From: Lingula anatina
Taxonomy: Eukaryota; Animalia; Brachiopoda
Reading direction: 5' to 3'
DNA: 64,000 nt
Assembly: GCA_051362555.1 (NCBI GenBank)
Contig: CM120645.1
Span: 22,010,001 to 22,074,000, forward strand
Shown: piece by piece, positions 13,436 through 25,400 of the stretch
Layout: every line of letters starts with the position of its first letter
Position numbering within the stretch: position 1 is the first letter of the stretch
The notes under the pieces: generated by a model
The model's input: the letters and a program-made list of their open reading frames with translations, nothing else
Databases searched by the model: none
What the model was told of the DNA's origin: nothing
Made by a program: the position numbers and the translations under genes

Positions 13436-14239
13436 TTTGACCATTATGGAGGCCATTGGTGGTCGTTTTATCCCTCAAATCCAAGATTTGAAATTGGGCA
13501 TAATTCGCTATTTTGAAACTATACAGTATGTGTTACATCTTTGGAAATGAGTAACACGTCTTTTCATATTATTTTCTGGTACAGAATACATTATCTGTTT
13601 CATAAAATTTGTACCCAAATCCAAGATGGCCGCCATCCGCCATTTTGAAATTGGGCATTATTCATTATTTTTGACACTATCACACCTTCATAAGCGTGCC
13701 ATACGTCATTTTTTATTATTTCCTGGTGCAGAAAACATTTTCGGTATTATCTGTTTCATAAAATGTAAATAGAAACTTTTATTAGCCTCCAAATAAATAT
13801 AGGATTCAGTCGTCACATGGGCCTGCAGTTTGTATGTACAATTAGTAGTCTAATTAGTACAAAACTTTGTTCTTTAACATATTTTAAGGATTTTGCCCAA
13901 TCTATAAAACACGTGTCAGCAGTGGTATCGTTACACAAAAGAAGGAATCTGCAAAACCAACTAGAAAGTTGTAAGCTATTGTTAGCTATTCTTTTGCTCA
14001 AATCCAAGAGCCTGTCGCTTTAAAATTATGGCATAATTTACCTTTTTTTGAGCTGTTGGACTTTCATATGATCGTAATACATCAATTGTTACTATTTTGG
14101 TGTTGTTCTGGTGACAGAGGATAATAAAAAGGCATAAGGTGTTTTAAGATGATTCCAAGATGAATTTTCCTGTACTTGTCACATGCTATAGATGTTTTGT
14201 GTTTCTTCGCCCATTGGAAACAATGAGAACTTTCTAGTG

Positions 14240-14313
<74 letters not shown>

Positions 14314-17300
14314 CAGACGCTTCAAAATTAAAAAAAATTGCAAAATTATGTCAACTTTCAAAATGGCCGGTGGCGGCCATCTTGGATTTAAGGCACAAAA
14401 TGGCCACCATTTGCTTTCATAATATCAAAATGGGTTCCTTGCCCCTAATTTAATCAGGTTTGATAATCTATACATGTTTCTAGGCCAAATATTGATGGAA
14501 ATATAAACTATTATCTATTTTGGCACCTAATTTGCATAATTTATGGTAATTTATGCATCGATAGAGCGTGTCTCTTTGGATGAAAAATTTTCTTTTGGCC
14601 CTACGAACATTTGTGCCAAGATAGACATTTGTACTATAAAATGCAGCAATTGGCCAATTTTTGGTCCTTAGCAAGCTTCTAAAATATGTATTTTAAGATT
14701 AAGTACTACGCGTGTGAATTAGGCAGATTGTGAGCATACTGAGAGCAGTTGAACCTATCAAAGAATAGCCTGGGACTGCAGTGATTTATTAATAATGGAA
14801 CTTTCAATATTCCCAATTTATGGATAAAAGGTGTCGTTCGTTTGCTAGATCTGTGCGCCTACGGCAGCCACGCTGTATACTCGCCAGGGAGGTGAGAGCT
14901 TAAAGACCTAGTCTGTATCTTGACAAGAAGTGACCAGGCAAAAGTATCCATTTTATTCTTTCTTTTATGTACAACTTCAACCCAATAGGTTGCAATTATT
15001 AATTTAGTAATTATTGTTTATTTATTATTATTTACAACACATGCTAAAAAAAGGCCATGACACGATTTACCTGAACTAGAACATCTTTCTGGCCGCTGTT
15101 TCTCTGCGTAATGGTCTTAGACAAGGAGTCCGTTAAAGAAGTCGATAGAGCATTTCCTGTTTCAAAGAACGATAGGCCTCCAGTGTCTTTAGCTAACGAT
15201 ATAAGTTGATCATCAGCTGAAGCCGTAAAAAGTAAGGTATCCACTAAGACCCCCTTCGATATCAGGTCTGGTTTAACATGGGCAATGCGTGGATCCTCAT
15301 TTTCCTCGCCATCACTAACAACGACCAAAATGCCACCAGCTGCTTCCATGTTGTTGTATTCTAACACCTGGTTGAATACAAATCAGCATCTATCAGTGAA
15401 TGGGACCGAGCAGGAAAAATTAAATACTCAGATATATACATGTACCTGTGTATCAGCACACAATTAAGATATCTGTACAGGTGAATTACTCCCAACTTCT
15501 GTAAATGGGTTATTCAAAATGGATATAATAGCAAAACTGGGCAAAAAACTAAAATAACTTTATTTGAACAACGTCTACGGATAAACGAAGAGCGATTTTT
15601 TTTTTTTTGTAATTCAAAGGGTAATATAACAACACAACGGTTTCATGGCATTGTGTCCATTATTATGCACTGGTTGTATTATGATCAATACTGGATATAT
15701 CCATAGTCCTACATACATATATAAACAGCCTAATTATACAACAGAATATGGTGCATGTATCGACTTACATGTATGCCTCTTTGAAGACCACAACCAATGC
15801 ATGTCCCTCCATCAGCGATTAGTCCATTAACAATGGAAACCATGTTTTCTCTCACTGCTTTGGAACTCAATGTCGTTAATTGCTTCCTTATGGCAGCTGC
15901 AGAGTTGAAAATAACTATGCCGACTCGGCTATCTTCGGCAACAGTGTTGAGTAGAAACTCTGCACACGCCTTCTTCAGGTTCTCCAATCTGCTCTGAAAT
16001 ATTGAACGAAATCCAGCTAACAGCTGTAATAGTTAGATATTTCTTCAGACAAAAATAAAAACTATCAAACACAAGCCGAAAAATTTTAATACCGTTAGCT
16101 CACGGCCAACCTGGACGTAGGCCTTCATCAGATTGATGTGAGCAGACTGACCGCTAAAGGTATATGAAAAGGTTAGCTAACGGTATGAAAGCTTTTCGGC
16201 TTGTGTTTGATAATTTTCATTTATGATCCAACTACCAAACTTATGAACATTTTTGCTATTTCGTCAGAATTTTTTTGATTATTTCTTTATCTCTTTGTTT
16301 TTCTACTTATTGATTTATTAACATTTTTGCTGAATCCGTTCTGTGGGGGTCACAGTATTTTGAGTGTTAAATACTTCAGCGAGTGTGACGTCACACCTTG
16401 ATTTTCAATTTCATTGGAAAAGTGAGAGGATTGTCAGTACATTTTAGCATATACATTGATTGAGAGTTTATAAATAAATTCAACTTAACGGAGTCATTCC
16501 AGTAAAGTTAATGAATATATTTTGTGTGCCTGTGCTTGTGTTTGCCTGTGTGGATTCTAGGACAATCCCCCCGGACTATTCCCCCCGGACAATTCCCCCT
16601 AGGAAAACACCCCCTGGGGGGGGGGGGAATTGTTCGGGGGGCATTGTACATTGTCCTGATACCGTGTGTGTGCTGTATTTACCTTTCAAAAATTAAATTA
16701 CACAGTTCAAGAGACATGGGACACTTACACCCCTCATACTTCCGGATACGTCAAGAACCAGGACATATCTCTTGGGCTGCTGTTGAACCACTTTGAAGGA
16801 TAAAGTTGTATCTATATTCCCTTGTACGGGAGGGTTATTATCTAAATTAATGAAATATAAATATATATAATATTAATATTCTGCTTGATGAGTAAATCCT
16901 TATTTTTCAGATGAGCTGGGTATGAATTATGTTTGAAATGCTATTTACAGTTAGCAGGCGAACGTACTAGTACACCTGTGCAGAGCAAAATCCACTTTCT
17001 CTTTTCATTACAGAAATTTAACATTTTCAATTAATCCACTTCAAACACAAGTCGAAAATGATTTGTCAGTGGATTGTCATTATTACTACTTCTTTTGCGA
17101 ATTATGAAACCTGAACCTTACTGTTCCTAAAATCTTCGTGTTCCCTCATGACTTCCCAGGCACTCCTGCCGCCACAGAGTCTATTCTGCCTGTTAGGGGC
17201 CTGGTCGTTATGTTGGTCAAGTGAATCTGTCTCATCATTGTCACAGAACCCGATAACCTGCAGTGATAATTATGTATCTCAATATCTTGACAGGACTGGG

Positions 17301-18209
17301 TGGGTGTAGAAACATCACAAAAATTGTAGATAGTACTATGGATATATCCTCTTTTGGAAATATCACTTATTATGACATCTCACCGATTTTATAACTAAAA
17401 TATCATTTTCATTCAAAAAGAGTCCATGAAGATGTAACATATCTCCCCTATGCCAATTTCTTTCATCTGAAATACAATACATTAATATGTTTCATCAGTC
17501 GCGTTTGACTCAATAGACAAAGAAGTAGCAGTTTCAGATACATATCCTGTGTCAATTAAAAACCTTTATATGCTAAGCATGTTTTGGCTTTTGACCTTTT
17601 GAGTTTCATGATATTTTTATTTTTATTCCAGCCGCTGCCAAAATTTGTCTCATTTAACGCGCACTTACGGTTCTCAATCTGTTCTAGAACATGTTTTCTC
17701 TTTTAATGAAAAAAACTCTTTATCTGCTCTGGGAAATTCTGAAGGACTTCCCAAAAACAGTTCTCGAACTGTTACATATATATCAGAACGGCATTAGAAC
17801 TGTAAAAAAAATACACCAAATATTATAGATTGAGAACCGTAAGTGAACGTTAAATGAGACATATTTTGGCAGGGGAGGATAAAAGACAAAGTGGTATCGT
17901 CCTGCACTTACAGATGTTACATAATGGTGTGACATGATAGAGGTGGTTCCCACGTTGTTGTATACATCAGGGGCGAACCTGCAAGCACTTTCTGGGAGGT
18001 TGGTTTCATTATCCGGGTTGCAATTCCACACGAAACTGTCGCTAACTCTCTTATAGTCCTTGCCAGTCACTCCACGGGAACAGCGCACGCCTTCTATTCT
18101 CTCAGATATGGAATCGTGGTAGAAGTGAACATCGTTTTCGTCCACCGGGTACTCGTCAAACAAACCCCAGCGCAAATGTCCCCACTCATGGAGGACTGTC
18201 TTGGCTGAA

Positions 18210-18257
<48 letters not shown>

Positions 18258-20210
18258 TGAAGATACAGTGACCAAATATACTTTTGTCAATGTTTTATAT
18301 TTACCAGACTCCCCTGTCAGAACTTTTATGGCAATATTGTATTTTTTTCATAGGGACCATTCCCAGCCCTATCGTACTAACTGTGGATTGATCTATCCCT
18401 AAGAGGTTCTCGCTAAATTGAAACCAACTGACGCGTCTTAGATATCTGGCACACCTACTGTAGCTGTTAGGGGGTAGTTAACTACCGGTGTCGTTTAACA
18501 GTTTCGGTAGGCGTGCAAGACATCTTAGCTTAAGCTGAAAGCAATTTAACGACAAACCCAGTGGGGGTGAATCGATCCTGTTAAATCGATCTTGTCATGG
18601 GAACCCAGTCACATATATTCTACTATCATCAAAATCCGTACCGATTTCAATATTGACTGTCATATTTATGTACTTTTCTCTAGATTATGCCAGTGTGCAT
18701 TTTGCACCACTGGAATCAGGTTTATCACACGTTTAGAACTCTTCTTATATTTTATAACAGTTTTTAATGGACTTACCAGGAGGCGTCCCATATTGCCTTG
18801 CAACGGCATCATCTAGTATGAATGCTGGAGTCAAGTGCATAAACGTCCCCGGCTGTCCACATTCTCCCTTCTGTTTGACGTATGGGTTGTCACCTTGTTC
18901 ACCATTGGGCTTGTCTATGATCACGTTGGCCTTTTCAAAGGCTTCGATTCCTGCCTGTTCGTACGTGGAGTTTTTCGTCCATGTTTTAGGAACGAGAATC
19001 GTGATGTTCCGGAGATAGGCACGCTTTTTAGTAGCAGTAAATAGTAACTGTGACATTTCGACGAAGTATTCCTACAGAATTAATTAAAAAAGTTATTTGC
19101 CAATATAAATTTGAATAGTTTCAGTATCATGCATTGTCTTTTTTAAATAAACCACGTGCTTTAAATCGAAATTTTTTATTCATTCGATCCCGCGTTTTTT
19201 CTTGATTTTTATTAAATGAGCAAGTAAAAGAAACGATGATAAAACTACATTTTACTAAACTAGAGGCCTTTTCATCTTTATTTTTATATGCAATGATTCG
19301 GGCACGACGATGGTGATTTAATGTTTCTGAGCTACTAGTACACGGTGTATTGTGTCACTGTGGAGCTCAAGTATGTGAGCTACATTGTATGACATGAAAT
19401 ATAATTGGATTTGAGGAATTTTTTAACAATTCTACTTGAGTCTTTTGTTGTTGATGTTTAGTTTGGAAGGATAACAAATAATACAGACTGCGTCAACTGC
19501 ATTGTTGCACTAACAAAACGAGTGTACGCGGCCAAGCATTTCAAAGTTTCTTTTGACAACCTATGAACCTATGAAAACCTATGAATGACTTCACACAATA
19601 GTAACTTGAACAAATGAAACCCTCAGCCTTACTGAAAAACATTAAATCGAAAGTAAGATAATTAATTGTATTTATGTAGGAAATGGTTTGTTTTTAGTGG
19701 TGGTAATAACTTTGTTAATAATACATCAACGCTTTGTTTATAGGACATAGTTTTTGTTTGGGTCTTGTGTCTGCACATTTTGACCTTAAGCACTTGACCA
19801 AGGCAAGGTGATAACAGATGTCCAGGGTTATTAAATGTCTTAGCTGCTGTGTATCTAGGCATACACATTTATTTTTATGAAATACGTTTTTGGAACAACA
19901 TGGATTTAAAATCAAAACGAATAGGATTTCCTTATCCAAGTAAACTTGGTTGCATGACTAATAACCTCCACATGTCCTTAATACATAAAAAACGTTCAAC
20001 CTTTAAAAAATCACAGCAGTCCTATATACTTACTTTGATTCTTGGAATAAGTTTAGAACTTTCAGGAACGTCTGTTCCGATTGCAATGAGAAGTCCTTCG
20101 TAACCGTTGTCAATCAGAGTAACATTGGTGCGCAACCTTTGGCCCCTTGCTAATGTCATGAAAGACAGTAACAGGACCAAATGTGTTATATGACTGCGAC
20201 GGACTTCCAT
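8112..20210 (-). CDS. CLCA: CLCA-family protein, copy 1 (13 exons, ~1268 aa; type I membrane, ~315-aa cytoplasmic tail)
   Basis: Exons (minus): 20210-20034, 19071-18777, 18204-17912, 17257-17122, 16841-16729, 15993-15769, 15367-15071, 12825-12607, 11997-11856, 11168-11031, 10659-10501, 10075-9836, 9484-8112. All GT-AG, phases consistent, total 3807 nt. CLCA motifs: NGYEGLLIAI, ILVPKTW, HEWGHLRWGLFDEY, APNRQN, LDVSGSM (MIDAS), LLDNGAGADNTKNDGIYS, FERSDSGG, PDLYPP, WTATGDDLDQG, SNIVSV. Confidence 0.93.
12836..14667. mobile_element. Non-autonomous long-TIR (foldback-like) DNA element in intron 7 of CLCA copy 1
   Basis: ~345-bp inverted repeats (~12848-13190 vs ~14305-14646) and internal repeats of CAAGATGGCCGCC...CGCCATTTTGAAA. 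Absent from the same intron of copies 2-4. Confidence 0.85.
14243..14310. repeat. (TA)n microsatellite
   Basis: Direct reading. Confidence 0.95.
16052..16256. mobile_element. Short insertion with ~50-bp inverted segment, Penelope-like remnant
   Basis: TATCAAACACAAGCCGAAAA...TACCGTTAGCT is inverted at 16175-16215. Degenerate flanking duplication TATTTC(T/G)TCAGA. Absent from other copies. CTGATGAAGGCC on the minus strand. Confidence 0.45.
16552..16663. mobile_element. GC-rich palindromic MITE-like insertion (GGACAATTCCCCC units)
   Basis: AGGACAAT...ATTGTCCT inverted ends, inserted in a (TG)n tract. Absent from the paralogous introns. Confidence 0.55.
18214..18254. repeat. (GA)n microsatellite forming the polypyrimidine tract of exon 3, copy 1
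   Basis: Direct reading. Confidence 0.9.
18352..18606. mobile_element. MITE of the same family as 3525-3736
   Basis: GGGACCATTCCCA...TGGGAACCC ends. Core CCTACT..AGCTGT.AGGGGGTA.TTAACT is shared with ~3615-3645. Copy-1-specific insertion. Confidence 0.55.
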
Positions 20211-20347
20211 CACTTCCACTCATCTGAAACGTCTTCTCTTGGCAAATGGCGACAGGGAAACGCGCCACCTTATGACGAGAGAGGTTGTGTTCAACTTGGA
20301 GTCCCACGCGTGTATAAGAGAGATTGCATGAAAAGCACTCCAAATAC

Positions 20348-20354
20348 CTTTATA
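20348..20354 (-). promoter_or_regulatory. Putative TATA box of CLCA copy 1
   Basis: TATAAAG on the minus strand ~140 nt upstream of the ATG. Conserved in copy 4 (63788-63794), altered in copy 2, deleted in copy 3. Confidence 0.4.
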
Positions 20355-20965
20355 ACTGCAGCAGTGAACATAAAGTACAAAGCCAAATAAAATAACAATG
20401 GACAGGTTAAGCTTAAAAAAATTCAGTCAACAGAGATTGTGTCGTGTCTCTTTAAGTCGCGTATAATTTCAGTGCAGTAGTCTTGCGTATTATTCTGACA
20501 AAGCCAAGTCATTCAAAGCGAGTTGTTTGAAAAAATTCGAAATATTTGCAGTACAACAATGGTCCATGTCCTTTATGCGAGCTCAGGTACAAAACACAAT
20601 GGCTGCAGGATACCGAAAGTGAGAAATTAACTTATTTATTTTGCTGTTGACTAATTTTACATTTTGCACTAAAGCAAGTTGCGGAGTAAGCAATACAATT
20701 AATTAAGCTCTAAACTGAAATATTTACTATCACCCTCACACACGCACTCTTAAACAAGCACATATAACAATTCCCTATGATAACAGCGTAGTATAAAGAC
20801 AAACTGGTTATATACAGGTCTGTATAGACATACATAGAGCAAACCAATATTAGAGTATACACATTTTTAGTAACATTTGTACAAAAAATCAAGAATTTTT
20901 GTGCACTAACGGCATGTATGTATACAAAGACATGTATCGTGCAGTACTTCATAGATTTACATATA

Positions 20966-21335
20966 TCTTTTCTGGCACTTGATATATATTACAAAGAACT
21001 CAAGTTTGAGTCCATGGAACAGAAGAAGGCGGTGGAAGAGTCGCGGCTTTTGAGTGAGTACACACAAAACGATGCTTTTATTTTCGGGGGATAATTCACT
21101 TGGAAATAGTAGCGTTAAAACAGACGAGAGGTTAAGGTTTAAGGTTGCCTTGTTGGAGTACAAGACATGATCTCACTTTTTTAGGCAGAAATTACTGTTT
21201 TAAAAAATTTAATAAAAAGACGTACATTGCTATTTTGATTTGAAGTTAAGACTAGGCTTCTAATTATTAGAATTTCTTTTCTTAATTTTCAAAAATAAAT
21301 ATGGAAAGCTGTTTGTGTTTATTTTAAGTTGATAT
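20966..21335 (+). pseudogene. Relic duplicate of the ASIC-like penultimate exon and last intron
   Basis: TCTGGCACTTGATATATATTACAAAGAACTCAAG...GAGTCCATGGAACAGAAGAAGGCGGTGGAAGAG matches 5676-5757. The acceptor is lost and the final exon is deleted after its first few bases. Confidence 0.85.
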
Positions 21336-22430
21336 CTGTTTAACTTGTTTTCGCCAAAACGTGAATTTTTCAATCCATACTGCATAACCCGTCGTCAATC
21401 CCGTCCATAAAACCGACTTCTGTATTTCCTACGCGTTACTTCTTATATGGGTAAAACAATATGTTTTTTAAATTTGTACAAACGCAATGGCACTGTGTTA
21501 GAGATCTAGAATGCATATATTTTATTGGAAACCCTTCCTTCTTTCCTCTGGAATATTTAGATTGTAAACAATTCATTAGATTTTTTTCTGTTGTAAGCGT
21601 GTGCTCGTGAAGCATATATACTTTACAGTAGTTAACTAAATATTCTCATGTGCATGAGATATGCAAATTATAGCCCGAAAAAGTAAATAACATTTGTATT
21701 AGTAAGTTGAGTCCCTGGGATATATAAATATATAAAGTGTCCAATATATGGTAACCAAATAGAGCTGGGGAATATAATATGCGTATCCAATTCTTGGGTT
21801 TTCCTCTCCATACTTTCAACTTCGTAAAAATAACGATAAGTTGTATTCCAACTGATATATGTCATGGTTTCTGTGATTGTGAATCAGTTTAACTTTTGAA
21901 CTATTTCAATCATGTTACACATATGTGTTAATAATAAATGAATACGAAATAAAATGTTTGTTTTTTGTTATCACATCTGTCTATTGTGGAGTCACGAGTT
22001 AGCATATATAGTAACATGACAGTACACCCTTCAACTAAAACAGAACACCATATACGTTGTATACTTCATGATATAAATAGTATCACATGATCATTATCTT
22101 AGCATTCCAAAAACATGATACTTGTATCCGGAATGCATTTCCGCAAAACGATCTTTATCCACTACTTGAACTAACATAAACATAAACATAAAATGAACTC
22201 TAGAAAAGGCAAAACATACTGATTTTGCATCAAAATTAACTTATTTAAAACAACTGTTTGTCCAATACTATATCATATCCAGATAATATATAAGACTGCT
22301 CGGTCTACTGTTTGTTATCGAAGCTACTTTACCGATTTAGAGTTTCCTTGCTTCAGGCACTAGGCGTGCCCAGTATGCTTACTCGAAATCGATGCTAAAC
22401 AGACCTTTTGAAAAGCTCGTAAAATAGAGA

Positions 22431-25400
22431 TTACTTATAAATGGTGTACCGTGGTGATTCATCCTCAGTCATATATGGATAGTTCCTTCCAGTCAAGTGT
22501 GATAGGGGCATCTTGAGGGCCACTTGCGGAATCTCCATGCGTGGTTTCGTTGTCCGATCAACGACTGGTGGAGTATTATTTCGAGTACTACTAGAAGCCT
22601 GCGGTTCTCTAAAACCCCTCCAGTCTTGTGAGCCCCTGTTCCCATATTGCGACATGCCTGGCGTGTATCCAGTCGGTTGGTAATTCTGGTTACCGAAAGC
22701 ACTGTGCTGCGGTTCCACTATGTTAACGAAGGAGGAGTCATTGTGAGGGGTAGGTTGCGGTTTCGTAGGCATTAGATTATTGGTAGCATAAATATTTTCT
22801 TCGTATCCTGGTATCATCGCCGTAGTATCCCTTCTCCGTTCTGGGTATTGGAGGTTCCTGCTCCGATAAGGCTTCGATTCTGATGCAATTTCAGCCTGTT
22901 CCTCTGGGGCATATCTGTTATGTTCCCCAGAACGTCTTACGCCAGGCGTACCATGTTCTGTAGCATTCGTTGGTAGGGAATTTGGAGGGCCTATTCGATC
23001 CACTGCAAGGTTGATGTATGTATTCTCTTTGGCCACTGTTGTTACGTTTTTGAAGTTGTCGTTTCTGAAGTTGTAATATCCGTGCTGGCGAGGCACGTCA
23101 TTTTGCTGGACATACGCCTTAAATTGACCTGGCGTATAGTCATTCGACACAATTCTCTTTGGGGCAGCCGGGAAGGGGTATCCTGATCTATTTGGTGGAG
23201 GGTAAGAGGCAAGAGCAGAGCCGAAGTCTGACTTAACTTTGTCTTGCTTCGCTTGATGAACATGGGGATGTGTTATTTTGTCCTCGTGTGGGTGATGCCA
23301 GTAATTTCGGAATTCGTAAGGATTAACCGGATGAGAGCCGTGGATGTTGTGGCGATCTTGAACTCCATCATCACGAGGATTAGGGAAGTGTCCACCTTTA
23401 GGTTTCTTTATGTCAGGCCAGACTATGAAAGCCGCTGCAATCAACACAATAATAAGCAGAGCCACCGCCGCTGAAGCACTACCAATGGCGATATGTTGAA
23501 CGGAAGTGACTTTAGAACTGTCCGTGTGTGTTGGTGATGCGCTGGTTGCCGTGATATACAAAGTTGTCAAACTGGAAGTTGATGTCTTCTCGGTCGAAAT
23601 TTGCCTAGTGAACAACGTACTTTCATGATTCATTGGTTCAGTAGTTGTGATCTCCTGGGTCGTTGGTTCAGTAGTTGTCATCTCTGGACTCGTTCGTTCA
23701 GTAGTTGCTTCCGTACTTGTTACTGGCTCTGGAGGTAACGGATAACTGTAGACAAAAGATACCGAGACGATATTCGACACTTGTCCTCTCTGATTTCTGT
23801 CATCCGATGCCAATAGCGCAATGAAGTACGTGATGTTTGAATTGAATGTTTGGTTGAATTGTACGCGAAAAGTTTCTTTTGCGCCTGCTGGCAAGGGTGA
23901 ATCAAGTTTCCCCTGGATAAGATCCTCGTCAAGGAGTTTATAGGTGTTACTGAAGTTAAGTCGGAGTTGTGAGACCGAGGTGCTGTAGCGAATAATGTAA
24001 CTCGATGCTGAAAGAAGGTAAATAAATGAATAAAAATAATCTTTATGGAGTAAGTTCTTCTCGTACTGGTCATATAATATAACGCAAACAATTTCATACT
24101 AACCATTTCCTTGGTCCAGATCATCACCAGTCGCTGTCCAGGACAATGTCACAGTTTTATTATCAGTGTTAACTGCTACCAGCGCCAGGTCGTAGATTCT
24201 GCCAGGAGGGTACAGGTCAGGTGGTTCTGAACCAGAACTTGGGAGATTCCTTACGGTGAATAAACCTCCGCTGTCGGAACGCTCGAATGGTTCAATTGGA
24301 GTGTACACAACCACTAGTTTCGTGGCATTTGCTGCAGCTTAAAAAATATCAATGATTTTGCCAAAATGTTTGTAAAGGCACAATTTTTCTCAAATTGCCC
24401 AATGACTCAACTCTTTAGGGCAAATGAGTTATAAAACAGAAAGATGTGCACAAATGACAACTATTGGTTTAGATGTATACGTGCAAAGAAATTACTTTGT
24501 CATGTTGCTTGTCGTCGCTATCTTGTAGATTAACAATTCTGGGCAGTAAATGTGCATGTTATATCAGAATCGATCTAAAAGAACATTGTGCATTATATTT
24601 CAGCCTACTTGAAACACAGCACAAAAAGACTTACATGTATTCATTTCTGGGGACAGACATAAGTTACAAATGGTGACGTTAGCACATATGGTCATTAGGC
24701 AAGTTAAATATTAAAACATGACTTTATAGCTTACTTGTGTTGGTAATGATTGGTAATCTTTGTCCACCAACCACAGACTTTACTGAAACACCTTCCTCGC
24801 CTTTCACTACAACTCGCACAGAATGCTTCACGTTGGCTTCAAATTTCAGGAAATATGCCGAGTAGATGCCGTCGTTCTTGATATTATCTGCGCCTTTGTA
24901 AAAAAACAAAAGAGAAACATGTAAGACATATCTTTTTTAATATTTCACAATAGTATAACGTGTGCAACTAAGTAAGGTTTGAATAACAAGCCTAGAGATA
25001 TAGAACCAGCGTGAACGTGAACATTGGAACTCCCAATATTATTTGGATTAAAAAAAGTCGTGTGTGATTATGCTAACAGAATCCACAGCAGTTTATGTCA
25101 AGTTTGGAGCTTTAACTGATACAACAAATATGTTTCTTCACCTGCACCGTTATCAAGCAGTTGTAATTTGTGGGTTTTCCCAGTACTTGCGTCAACATAA
25201 GCCACCACAGTGGCGCCAACTACCGGAGTGTAGCCTTGACTAACCTCTCCGTATATGACAATGCGGGACAAGCTGGGATCTGGAACGAAGTTTCCACATG
25301 TTACAAGAGAATGCAGGATATGCATAGGAGGGGGAAAAGTGTGCTTGGTGGAACTTAGAGTCTGAAGTTGTTAAGCCTCAAAGTCATAATTATTTTGGAA

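Noticed and set aside
20211-20219. GTG start 'MEVMEV' given by the ORF track (likewise 36585 and 63657)
   Set aside because: This is a eukaryotic gene. The ATG three codons downstream has strong context, is shared by all four copies and gives a 177-nt exon 1.
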